Shown here piece after piece: positions 51,001-63,827 of a stretch of 64,000 nt of DNA. The DNA comes from Laetmonice hystrix (lineage: Eukaryota): NCBI GenBank assembly GCA_965235115.1, contig OZ249436.1:59954001-60018000 (forward strand), written 5' to 3'. Made by a program: the position numbers and the translations under genes. The stretch's first letter is position 1, and the number at the start of each line of letters is the position of its first letter. The notes beneath the pieces were generated by a model, which made no database searches, was not told the DNA's origin, and worked only from the letters and a program-made list of their open reading frames with translations.

Positions 51001-51949
51001 ATCTACTCTTTTCCTTACAGCCTCAGTTTATAGTGTATCATAGTTTAACTGGCAGCCACTCCTGACAGTGTATCACATGTACTTTGTCAGAATCAGTGAC
51101 GTACACGTAGTAGGTGAGACACTTTGATTGTCCTCTGATGTTGAAGTTGAAATGCCGATGGTGTCTAACGTACCCGTGAGGGGTATTTCTGGCACACCCC
51201 ACCCACACCCCACATTATACCTGGCCGTCGCCAAATCGTGGCACCATAGTGATGCTATGCACCTAGCTGAACCCAAACTGGCAGGGTAGAGGTATCGGGG
51301 GCAGGGCAGTGGAGTGTGGGTGCTTGCCCTCATACTAAATTCATTATACCCGCGTTACATGGAACACTGCTAGGCTTGTGTCACCGGGCACCCGTGCTTT
51401 GATTTATCTAACGGCGTGTATAGACCAGACATGAGGCAGTCCTACCTGTGTAGATAGACAGGTGCCTTGGGTGGAGAGCATCTATCGATTCAAGCCAGCG
51501 TGTCTCATCCAACTCTGGTATGCAAACGTGCACGGAGTGGCATGTTTTATAATGTTAGAAAGAGGCAAATACTCTACCACCCCCCCCCCAACTAACACAC
51601 CCTAACACAATTTTAGGGCTCTTTATATTACACAGATCTTTCTTAACCTTACAGTTACATTTTGCGGACATGCTTTGAATAGGAAGTGCTCTTATTTGCG
51701 CCTCTATTTGGCGCTCTCCTTTGTTCCACAACTGGACAATCAAAGTCTTTGGTATGGCCAGCCTTCACTGATCAACTTGGTATATAAACGAAAACCTGCC
51801 CCGTTTTTTCAGTAGAAAGGGGGACAGCTTCCCAGTGGCGGGTTTCATTGTCAGTGTATCCCATTGACCACCTAGGTTGAGAGGTTATTAACACGCATTC
51901 TCACCCTAATTAGTGACTGCAGAAACGTAAATCAACAGTGCCATTCCCG

Positions 51950-52200
51950 AGCGGAGTCTATTTTCCGCCATTGGATTCTCTTTCAAGATTTGCAGAACTG
52001 ATCCCTAATCAGGTTTCGGTATGTGTCCATGTGGTAGCGTGGAGGAGTGTCGTCAGTCTCCTTCAGCCACTGAACGGGACGTGGAGGGCAAGGGGTGTTC
52101 GGCTGCTCGCTTCCTTGTCTTTGAGGCAAATATCAAAGGAAGACAGAGCATTGTTTGCTGTGCTCCAAACCGTCTTCCTTCTCAACCTCGTACCATACAA
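51950..52200 (+). mobile_element. Possible decayed 3' end of a CR1/L2-like non-LTR retrotransposon ORF2
   Basis: One frame reads LFKICRTD...MCPCGSVEE and another reads LLASLSL...EDRALFAVLQT, resembling the Cys-rich and terminal motifs of CR1-group ORF2. Frameshifted and weak. Confidence 0.33.
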
Positions 52201-55200
52201 ACAGGTGTCACGTTCTCTCGAGGTTTAATGGAGCGTTGCTAGTGGTATGTCAGCGTGGTGACAACATACTTCCTCTCAACAGGATCACGTACAACACAGT
52301 TAGGGCATAGGCGTAGATAGAGACGGCTGTGGTTAGGGCGAAAGTCAGGGTTTGGCAGGAATATTTTCCACTGCCCCGTTAGTGTTTCATGGCGAAGAAA
52401 GATGTACTTAATTTAGCTGCCAGTCTCACAGAGTGGTTTACGTGCTGTCTACGTGTGTTCACATATCCAACGTGCTATAGACCTCACGCTTGGCATTGGG
52501 CTCGCGTCATTGAAAGAAAAGAATGACCCTGACCACCGCACCACCGCCTGAACACCCGTCCTTCCTAGATTCGTTGACAAGTAACATCGTGAGGACACCT
52601 TTATTCTGTCTACCATTGCGGGTACTTTGTCGGCGCCTCTTCTCCTAGGTCCTCTTGAGGGCCTAAGGAACTGCCCAGTCCAAAGGTCATCAGCAGGGGA
52701 TCTCATCTGAAGACCATCTACCTGAGGCCACACAGATGAGCTAGAAATTGGTAGCGGGCGCGAGGCTGACCGTTGGGAGAGGGATTACATCCTTGGCTCA
52801 GCCCGTGCTGCCGCCGGATACGGCCTGGTCCGTGGACCCCGCCTGCCGTGATCTATTTCTGCTGGCGTGGTGGGGCTGGGGGTGGGGTGGGAGACACGCC
52901 CTGCCAAGCCCAACACCAAACCCTAACCCCCACGACGCCAGAGGCTAACCTGCCATTGATTGTGCGTCTCCACGTGCAGTGGTAGTCCTGGAGCCTGGTT
53001 AGTCCATTTTGTAGCTCATTGGTCCTGGACAGAAGAGAAACGCTAGCTAAGGTCATAGCGGCAGGGAAGTGTTGGCTGGTTTCCTGGTCGGGGCACTAAG
53101 TACAGTATACAGCTCGATGGATACCAACGGCACCCCACTACAGAACCCGTACCCAGATATCTGACTCAGATCAATAGAACCAGGCAGTGCCAGGAGCACT
53201 TTAACGAACATCTCCAAGTACATGTAGAGGGCAGGGTGTTCATTTACACGTCAGTTTTCGAAAATTTGGTCGGTCAGTTGTTTAAGTGCCTATATATTTT
53301 TATAGATATATACCGATGTATATATGTACACGTAAATTGGTTGGATAGAATTTGAATTAAATATGTGTATAATAAATTGAACATTTCAAAATGAATAAAT
53401 TTCAACAGAGGTCGCATACATAGAGGTCTATAAAACTTGGTTATTTGCAGTTTAATTCATATAAGACCTTTCTCCGATGAAAGCCATTTCGAAGAGAACA
53501 AAATAAGAAGGTCTGGTCCTTATTAGCGGCAAAGTGTAGCGTGTCACACTGCTTCCGGGAAAATTAATGTTCGACTCTAAGTGGCATTAGATGTCATAGT
53601 TACTATTGGCTTGGAGAGCACTCAGAACCTGATAGATCGGTCTTACTGGAGGCAGTGATTAAATGTAGACTACGTGCTCTCTGTGGTCTACCTGCCTGTG
53701 CTACCTTCTCCTGCTCATGCTCCCGGTAAGAGAGCACCTCTGCGCATTAAGGAACATCAAAAACGACTCTACAGGTAGACGGAAAGCTGGGGAGGAGATT
53801 GTAAGACCAAGACTGATTAGTACCGATTGCTTCGGTAAAATGTCAGCACTGTTGTTGACGACATCGCTGATATCAGACCTTGCCCCCTGGGGCAGACAGT
53901 GTTAAGGAACCATGGTGAACAGAAAGGTTTAATTGTCTTGAGGATTGTCAGATAACCGTCCAATTATTTATGTGGCCGGTAAACGTGTGGGCGAGTGGCA
54001 GGATAGCTCGCGTGATAGAGTGCTGTTGACATCTACGTATTGAAGGATGTTTGGCAGGATGCTGTCATTTGGGGAATTGTCACGGATTCAGCGATGTAAT
54101 TATAAAATAATTATAACTTTTAACTGTAATTGTCTAGTCTAGGATTGCCTTCCGGTGGCATTACGCTTTTTAACTTAAACATGGTAGCACCTTGGAGATA
54201 GACTTGACTTTCTCATATATTTATTCACAATTTTTCTATAGTGCCTAATACCAGTGTTGCCAACTGTCACGGAATTTCCGTGAACCTCACGGATTTTGCT
54301 GGTCCTAGCTCATGAACCCAAGGCTCACGGGCGAAACTCTGGATCTCACGGATTTGTGGGCAAATGGCTTCAAATATAACCCCATTTTTAACGTAAGATT
54401 TCATTTTTTTCCCGGGGAACATGCCCCGGACCCTCCTAATAAGGCTTCGCACTTCCGGTGCTCACCATGCTCAGAGAATCTTGTTTCAGGTATAATTTTA
54501 CCTCATCGTTTCCCGGATATGATCTCAACACAACGACCTTCTTCCCCCAGGTCCTGTTTGCTTCAATGAGTTTACCTTCGTTTTCAAATTTACTCAAACT
54601 TGGTTAACACATGTCAGGATAATCCGGAGGTGACATCATCTGCTTACGGGTAGGGCATCATCTCCTTCCAGGCCGGGGGGGGGGGCGACTCCCTGCATCC
54701 ATGACGAGGCCCTTTGTCAGGAGTGGGTGGAAAGGGTATGTCGTTGGGAGGTTACGCCATGCAAGTGACATGAAAATATTACATGTATTTTGATAGTTAC
54801 TGGCTCCAAGGTCGAGTTTAAATGGCCTCATTTTCCGTTGATATTAAGTTGTGTATGTAGAATATTTCTGGGTGCGCTTATATAATACCAATTTTCCTAT
54901 ATACCACTGATCTACATACTGCCCAGAGTGTGTACGTAACTCTCAATTGCTAATGGAAAATGTGCCATGCCATTACATGTTTTTGTTGATGGAGGCTACA
55001 GTACATTTGGAGACGAGAGCCACATACGGTAAGGTCTGAGCCTGAAGCTTTAGCCGAAACAGATAGCTCTATGCAACAACATACTGGGTCAGGGAAGTGT
55101 TTTAGCGGGCTATACTATACTAAACACGCTGTCTGTCTGGGCGCCTGAACCACCATCCGTAGATAGTAGTATAGCATGTCTGCTTAGACAAGCCACTCAA

Positions 55201-58200
55201 CAGCGTCATTTCCTTCATGGACCTGTTTTTTGTATTGACCCAGAGAAACATTTATTGACGGGAGGACCCCGGGAACACTACCAGCAGTGTTGCAGATTGA
55301 GAATGTGATGTGTTAGAGCGAGGGGTGTTCTTAAAGATTCTCGGAAGGAATGGATGAGAACAAATTGTTGAGATTACGGATTGTCAGTGAAAATTGAAGC
55401 AATCATTGTGGTGTATGTGGCGGTGGCGTAGATTGACCATGGCTGGACCTGTGGCGGTGACGGCGGGATTCCACGGGGACTGCTGACTGGGTCCGCCAGA
55501 ACCCAAACATCCAGGCCAGCCACTAATTCATCAGACAGAGTTGGGATAAGCAGCGCTCATGGCAGGTCCGATACTCACCGGCAAGTCTGAAATTAGCAAC
55601 CAAATTAAATTGGAACAAGAAGTACTTCATTACTAGTGAGTGACACTCGCGAGTGAACGGGTTCATTGTGCTTGTTTATTTTCTGTTGGTTAAAGCGTGT
55701 ATTTATTTTGGTGTAATCATTCAGTTCCCGTGCAGTTCGATAATTAACTTAAGCAGCAAACTCTCATAATACATACAGTTAATTACGCAGAATTGGATTC
55801 CATTTTGTTCCGTATTAATTGGAAAAGATGTAGTATTGGATTTGAAGGAAGTAAAAATTGGAAACTGTATTTTTTTTGTACATGAAGGACCTGTGAGTTT
55901 TAACTCTTTATTTCCAATGCATGCACTGCAGTTTTTTCTTTATTCATCACAATCTGCTAGAGAGTACTGCTCGCTATATTGGGACGTTCGGATATTTCCC
56001 AAATGTATTTTTCCCTGCCTGCTTGGAATAATAAAGAAGTGAGTCAGAAATCAAGGCAGAAGACATGTCAAAGCTACACGCGATAAATCGATTTCGCCAA
56101 ACCTATAATAAGAAACTTTTTTTTATCCTGTAATGTGATAACGGTCGAGCGTTGTTATGAAAAGGTCTTGCCTGAATCGACGCGTACTTTTGGGATCCCG
56201 ATCTGTAATGGTCATCAGTGGACCACTTAGTGTCTGAAGGTACATTACAGCTAGGTTCGGTTTGCTGGACAAGACTGATAACATTGAGTGTGGATAGGGC
56301 ACAGAGCAGCACTGGTCCAGGACCTAGCCTGACACAAGACCTGCCAATGGTGACCAGGCAGGCGATCACCGTTAAAAATCCCATCCGACATCGGTACTTT
56401 GAGAGTGCAAGGATCCGTCCCACCTCTTGTATGTTTTTACTTGGTGTCGTGTTCGGCTGGTACTGTCATTCATCATGAATAGACAGCACTTTCTGGATGA
56501 CTTGATATATGATCTATCATTGCTATTACTGCCTCATTGAAGGCGAATGGCATGTAAGATGCGGTTGGCTGTCTGGAAATACAAGGCGCCGTGGCTCTGT
56601 GATGTGTCTTTGTGGATCTGACTTGAAGCATTGATACGATTCAATGTTCTTCATATATCGAGTGGATTATTATTAAGTAAATTATTCCCATTTCATATCT
56701 CTGGTTTTACAGTCAACTAATGTTATTAAATCAAGTGAAATTGAGGTTCTGCCTGAATGGCTTCATATTTTACATGTTGTAGCACCCAAAGAATACAGCT
56801 AGCAATGTTAGTGATGTCACTATTTTCAGCCGAGTCCGCAGTTCTTGGTGGCGGAGCGCTGATGATAGCGTTTTACCTTGGAACCAATGAGCAGCTCTGT
56901 CAATCGGCATGAACGATGGGCCTCCGTCTGCAGCCAGATCGCTGCGTGAGAACGATGAGATTTACTTTCTCAGAGTCATGCAACGTTAAGATTGATGGAG
57001 ATAGGCGGATTTGCTCGCAAGTCGATGGCCGCCCGGTTTGTGATGATGACTGTGAGAATGACTGAAGGTGGACGAGGGTGTGAGGCCGGGTCTCGCCCCC
57101 CCCCCCCCCCCCACCAGCCACCGCCAGACTCCATGGTATTACCGGCCCCCGCCAGGGCAGCAATGGCTGGCTGCATCAAAAGGTCAACAGCTCTGATCAA
57201 TAGGAGTGCGTGTCACCTGTCGCCGGGCCCGTGTCGGCGTGTTAAGGTTGGGCACGCCCAAATATCAAAGGGCTACAGCTCTGTAATCATCGGGCCAGAC
57301 AGTGAGAGCCTGCAGGACTGTGGTTCTCTAACTCAACATGCAGCCATGTCTGATAGCACAGATCCCCCAACACCCACCCCAACCGTCCAGCCTAACGTAA
57401 GCCCCCCATGTTCGCCGACATTCGACTTCTCACTTCACATGGCTGGCTGCTGCGTCATTGTGAATAAACTGTTCTGTAATCCCCAGGAGTGGAATACTTG
57501 CTGAGCGACAGGATCAGAGAGCTCAGACGGAGGCATGCCAATCATAGAGGGACAAGTTGAGCGTTAAAAGGGACCACTTGTGTCGGGACGTGTCGATGTC
57601 TGTACATGTGGCTGGCCAGGGGTGGGGTAGACCGCAGGATCTCTGTTCAAATCCCTGTTCAGTGATCATAGCGTGCAGACCCTGGGGAGAGGACTTCGTT
57701 GTCCGGGGTGACGGGGTGTTTCTCGGCTGGCCGCAGAGGCCGTCAGAATTATGTTTAAAGAAAACTACTAAAAGGTTCTGGAACGTATGACATGCTAATT
57801 GTGAAGTGCCTGGATTGTTATTTATTACTGAATTTATTTTACGTTTGTACATAAATCCCACTCCCCCATTTCTATTGTCTCATTTGGGGTTTGTCTAACG
57901 CCGGCAGTTAGACTGGATGCCACAGATAATGTGCATGCTGTGCCACGTGTTTTTGTACGTCACCTTCACGAAGACTCATATTCATTGTAATTACATGTAT
58001 TACAACTATAGTATCACATGGTGGTCGGTTCCGTTGATGTCGTCTGGTAACTACCCAGGCCAGTGTATGATGGCAAGAAATTGAGTCCGGCCACTCGGGA
58101 AGTCAGTTGATTAACCAGATAGCGCTGCCAACAGCAGTAAACGTCAATGATTATGGTGCCATATTGTAGCCGCATTCATTACATGGAGACTTCAGTAATT

Positions 58201-59124
58201 AGCTGGCGGGTCGTGGTGATATTCATCGTTCATACTATACCTGGGTACGGGTGTATGTCATGGTGAGGATAGTTGTATGAACAGACCTCCGCAGACCTTG
58301 ATTGATTTAGTGACGAGACAGGCGATGGCCTCAAGGGAACTGGTTTAAGCTGCTGTCATTAGTTCCACAATATAAGTCGCAAAGTGCGAAGGTAAAAGGA
58401 GACATTTTAATGGTGATTTATGTCACTAATGAGGTTCGCACGGGGGCTATGGGAAGCCGATCACCTTCCTTATCCCCCACACTTGGGTATTCAGCAGGAA
58501 AAGACCCTTTGCTGTCACTAATGTAATAACCACCTGAATTAGGCTTAATCAGTGAAACCATTAAATCCACATTGCTAATAGAATGATCTTTTGTCTATCG
58601 CCGATCTCATTGTCTGAGAAAAGGCGACCTATTCGGATGAGTGAATAATTCTGTCCGAGAAATTGAGCAGCTGTTTTGAGGCCAAAAACGCATTCCCAGC
58701 AAGGCCTCCAGCTGAAATGGAAAATATTGTCCAACCGATGGTAAGGCAGAATAATAATGAGAAATGTATTTGTGTTTGTATACGGGGGGGGGGGGGGTGT
58801 ACGGCACAGATGAATTACTACTATGGACTAAACCGCCAATACATGGGCCATGGAGATATCTTTAATGCTGTTTAATGGGTGTTTTTTTTATTAACGAGTG
58901 TTTATTTTATTTTTTATTTCTATGATATATTGTGGTGAAATGAGCCTGAAGTTAAATTGAAAATATAGCATGGCGTATTTAATCTGCGCTGGCATGAGAT
59001 TGAGTTAGCGGATGATATTGGAAGCTTCATCAGTTTGTAATGGGATGGGATCCGGTGAGGGATGATGATGAGGGAAGGAAGTATGGTCGCCATGACGGTG
59101 GAAGTGGAGGAGACCGATCTTTCT

Positions 59125-59207
59125 CTGTCCTCTCCCCGCCTCCTGTCCTCCCCCCGCCTCCTGTCCTCCCCCCGCCTCCTGTTCTCCCCCCGCCTCCTGT
59201 CCTCCCC
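59125..59207. repeat. 18-bp minisatellite, about 4.5 copies
   Basis: Unit CTGTCCTCCCCCCGCCTC at 59125, 59143, 59161 and 59179, plus a partial copy. It explains the overlapping low-complexity ORFs at 58920-59425. Confidence 0.95.
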
Positions 59208-59699
59208 TGCCCATGTCGTATACATGTATATACCTGGCCGGGAGATACCGGCCGATTGATTGGTGGGACGAGTCTTGATGAAAGGCGAGCTTGTTTAGTG
59301 ATCGGATACGAGGACGTCAAGACACAAAGCTTGATTGATGAATGACAGTTTGTGTATGGCTCAGGTTTTCTGAGGGCCGTCCGACGACTTGCAAGACGGA
59401 CAGGGGAACCTACTCCTTGGGCCACTGTCAGTCGCCAGTCGCTGCAGACATGTGTTATTGCATTACAGCTTGCAGGAAAGACGAACTTAGATGGAACAAA
59501 ACTGAACAGGACCTGTCACGGCTGTAATGGACAGGACAGTCTTGAACGTCAGCTTTAATGAGAAAACGCATACGTTCTCCGACGTTTACAATTTTCTTGC
59601 TGTGAAATAATGCACTGTGCATATGAGTGTAGCCACTTTAGGATGCTAAACCTGTTTCACGTAAGTGCATCACCGCTATAACCATTTAAGGAGGTCCCA

Positions 59700-60230
59700 T
59701 GTGCCGGTTGATGATTAAATGTTAAATGTGACAGGAGCATAGCTATCAAGGAAACATCAAGAATGTGACAACTTGTCCCTGCGAACTGTAGCCAGGCATG
59801 GAATGCATCTAAACAGCTTATAAACAACATAATAGAATTTGGTAGGGCTGGTTGGATGTGTCGGGATACATTAGTGAGGAGGTGCGGCGCCCGAGGCTGC
59901 CAATTAGCTGAACGTCCTCCGTACATTATGTGACTGTCTTTGACAGTTAGCAGTGATATGAAGTTTGAGTGTACTCTTCCATCCATGGCTTGGCATACTG
60001 ATCTTGATGTACGGCCGGGGCTAAAGGTTCTCTCAGCTACACTGCCGATGCTACTATAAAAATGAAAGATGATAGAATAATAAATGCAGCAAGGCCGATA
60101 TTGTTACCCCACTTGTACTACTATTACAGCCGTACGTGCAATGTTCGAATTTTCTCCCAAGGCATTCTTTGGCAGTACCGTAAAGAGTTTGGGTTGGTCT
60201 TTTCAACTATGCTTGATTATATTTATCTAT
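59700..60230 (-). mobile_element. Possible very decayed CR1/L2-like reverse transcriptase remnant
   Basis: Minus-strand pieces LGRKFEHCTYGCNSST, APHLL....HIQPALPNSIMLF and CLDAFHAWLQF..TSCHILDV occur in the order expected for L.KL..YG, GPLLF..YINDLP...NS...LF and LD.L..W..F..KC.IL. The catalytic ADD is absent. Confidence 0.25.
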
Positions 60231-61346
60231 TAACAAAGCCACCACAATGGTTTCGGTGTTGCTGACTGCTGTCAATTCCTGATAGAAACAGTGCCAATAG
60301 GAATATTATGATTTTGTTAGGAGACGCGAGCGATACCTTAAAGACCGGCCCCTATTATAAAAGCCGTCCCTGTGCCAGTGTGTTGTTTATAGCTCAGTAC
60401 AGCCCGCCCACTGCTGTCCTGAACTAGTGGAGCAGGGTCAGCTGGGGTGAACGTTACTGAATCCCGGCCTTTAACCGAGGAATGGTTTGTCAGCTGTGAC
60501 TAAGTTTATACAGTAGAATGGGATGTCTTGCTGAATGATGAGAGGATGCCTAAGTCAAATAAGGGACTAAAACGACTGTTTATAGTCTTTCTGACTTTTT
60601 TTTCATAATAAATTTTTTTCTTTTTTTTCTTTTCGGAAGATTAATGTTCTTTATCGTGACCTGGAGACTGATGTTGCGTTCATTCGTGAAAGCACAAACC
60701 CAACTGTGTTAGTACCGGTGCCTGTCGCCCTAAATGAAAAGGATGATTAGATAGTCAATCAGGGATACTAAAGATATCACATAAGTGCAGACCGAGGCTG
60801 GGAAAATGTTTGCGTTCATTTTAAAAAACGATATCGACTCGCTGTGGGATATTATATCTTCCTATCGCCCCACACATTAACTGCGAACGTCGATCTGCAA
60901 TAATATGGTTGCTCTATAACAGAGTGTAACAATAGCACGATGACCGCAGTTATCAGTTGATACCCGACAAGGTGTACGAGAGGTCACGTTAAAGTGTTTT
61001 CAGCCTGGCTTAGGAATCGTTGAAGAACATGAAAATGGACCTTACTGTACAGTAATAGGAGTCAGGTTAATTATACAACTAATATCCGAGTTTAGGCGTG
61101 AGTAATAGGAGGGGTCCCTGATAAACTACATGTACTCTTATTACACGGTGTCCCGTTTTACATCAGAAAGTCAGTAATGGAAGGAGAAACAACCAGCCTT
61201 TCCCCCTGTGTCTGAGAGAGTTTACAATGTACCTGACATAAACTGATGGGTTGAGTCTGTCTTATTATTGTAGCTTCTGCTTTCTGCTTCATATAATTTA
61301 TAATACAGTATAATACAATGCTATAATACAATACATGCCAGAACGA

Positions 61347-61673
61347 GTGGGTCCGGGGTGGTGCAGTGATTATAGATCTTTGATCCAAACTGAAAGGTTC
61401 TGAGTTCGAGCCACGGCCTCCGAGTTTTCCTGTATAATAGTGCTGCCGACTGCTTTATCAAAGGCCGACCGTGTCACTTTACGTATGTGTGGAAGGACAC
61501 GTAAAGATATCTTGGGATCTGTCGAAAAGAGTAGGGGTTGCCCCGGTGCGCGGGTTTTTTCCTATCAGCTCATCATTATCACACAATAGATTTCACCGAC
61601 TGAGTTAGTTGACTTTGTTCTCCCCTTGATACACATACAGCTGGTGACTGGGCGTTAAACACCAATTACTGAC
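61347..61673 (+). mobile_element. tRNA-derived SINE of about 327 bp with a 13-bp target-site duplication
   Basis: Pol III A-box-like TGGTGCAGTGAT (61359-61370) and B-box GTTCGAGCC (61404-61412). The tail is gactgggcgttaaacaccaattact. Flanks are catgccagaacga (61334-61346) and cataccagaacga (61674-61686), 12 of 13 identical. Confidence 0.78.
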
Positions 61674-63189
61674 CATACCAGAACGACGATAAAGAGTGTA
61701 GATATGACGTCACGACATAAGGCAAAGCCAGAGGATGTGAGACCTGTGGGTATGACGTAGCAGCCCGGTGTCGTGGCTGTCGACGAGAGCAGGCGGGATG
61801 ACCACTGTATTCTCCCCGGGGGATGGGTCTGAGCGGGACACCTGGGGCTGGGTTCGGTAAGAGACGGAGCCGTCAACATTGACTTTGTCCCGACGGCCAA
61901 GGAGGGGACAACAACCCCCCCCCCCTGCCCCCCCCCCCCTCCTCTACCTCCGACACACACACAAACCTGACGGTGGGGCTCGTCTGACGACTGGCCGGCG
62001 GCCGTCAAGGACATGCTGAAGGAGACCGGAATACGAGGCGTTCAATTACAGACACCTAGCTCCTTGAGAAAGGCAATCGTGGGCCAGACACGCACGGAGA
62101 AAGTCTCCGGAAACAACTGTCACATACTCCGTGTAAAGATTCTAGACCAGTTTAGAAAGAGAAAGAACGAGAAGTGAAATGAAAGGCAGCCAGGGTTTGT
62201 CTAAGTGAAGAGCGGCAGGGAATGAGTGAGGTATAACCCAAGCCATGGCAGTATTACCCCGGAATTGATTTTGAGAGGGTCGCCACCTTGTCTGGGGCAA
62301 GCTTACCATACTGATATGGAATTATGACCCGTAGCTCTACCTTATTCATTCAGGTCACCAACCTCCACCCAAAGCGAGGTGACAGTTCTTGACTGCTTAT
62401 TAGATGTTAAGGCGGTCAGCGAGAATAAAGATATCTGTTTATGTGACACTTTCATCAGGTTGCTGAGAGATAACTCGATATCGTATTTTATCAAATGGGG
62501 AGTGTTGAAGCGGGGTTTCAGTATTTACTGTGTTTTCACCCGCAGTGCTTGATATATGGATGTTTTTGAGGAAGGTGCCGTCTCAGTTATGGAATGAATG
62601 CATTGTATTGATGGAGATGACTTTGTTGCAGAGGCCAGCTCCAGCTGGGAGGGCCGTTCACAGTGTCCTCCTACATGAGATGGGTAGGTCCAGAAAAACC
62701 ATCACCACCACCAGTCACTGTGTACGAAATGACACTAACTAATGTGCATATAGATGAGAAAACGGACCGAAAATTATACATATTTGGGGATACACTTCAA
62801 TAACTTTCAATATATATGACAAGCATATGGTCCTGTCGATAATTTGCTTTTAGAAAATATGATAAAGGAAAAAGGTCCCATAAAAGTCATTTCCTGCACA
62901 AACATCCAATAAATGCTGGTCGTGTGTATGTATAGAAGCAACCACGGATGTGCTTTCTTTCTCTGTACACTTTTATTTTTTCTTTCTTCTGTAGATGTGA
63001 CTCGTGCCTTTTCACCAGCTTTTAGGACTCAACACTGTGTGACGTGATCCACTTTGAGCGTTTCCTTTTCAGATCTCTGTATATAAACATAATTGGTTGT
63101 ATTAAATGTTTTATTTTGTTCATTTGAATTTCTGTTTGTAGTAGTTATTGTGTTCTTTGTTCTCTTCCATATTTGCTGTATGTGCTTAG

Positions 63190-63286
63190 TGTGGTCACTG
63201 CCCGTGAACGTGAACTTGTCAAAGACAACTGCTTTCATCATCTGGTGCAGGAGCAAAGGCAGATCGATAGAGAGATCGATGCCCAG
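63190..63286 (+). CDS. AP1AR: AP1AR-like coding exon, 97 nt, phase 2 to 0: VVTARERELVKDNCFHHLVQEQRQIDREIDAQ
   Basis: U-rich tract ...catatttgctgtatgtgcttag|TGTGGTCACT...GATGCCCAG|gtaaag. Its coiled-coil-like sequence corresponds to vertebrate PLTEEE...KQKDLDKKIQKE (recalled). Confidence 0.9.
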
Positions 63287-63827
63287 GTAAAGGCTCTTCC
63301 TAAAGCAAATATCAAAAGAAGACGAGTTCGTGTAGTATGACATTTGTTACCGAAGATTTGGCTAAGGATCACTGGTCTATTTTTGGGTGTTGTCCTTCAG
63401 TACACATACCCTAGCATCAGTGGTAGCTGTGCATCTGTAGTTTCTCACGTTACACTTGTAAGATTCAACATCGCTTTGATTTGTCCGTAATGTTTAGGTT
63501 CGTCTCTGCTACTCTAACATCACAGGATTGTGTTTTCATGATTTGGTCTCCATATGATATATTATATGTTGACCACCAATTTTATTGTAGTGTACAATGT
63601 ATTTTGATTTATAGTTATTAGGCTTATCAACACAATTAATGTTAAATCAGTGCATTCTAAGTCAAACAAATTTGCACAAGATGAAAGCCAGAGTAGCTTG
63701 AAGCTGATGTGATTTTGTTTTGAATCTGTCAATCAGCATAGCCCTGATTGAGTACCCACAGACGGGATGTCTTAATCAGAACCCTGGACACTGACTGACT
63801 GCCGCCGGATTCTCTCTGTGTTTTCAG

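Noticed and set aside
56900-57504. GC-rich block with a 170-aa ORF
   Set aside because: Low-complexity Pro/Gly-rich translation around a C run, no domain and no phase-compatible splice sites.
58920-59425. Five overlapping ORFs
   Set aside because: Generated by the 18-bp tandem repeat.
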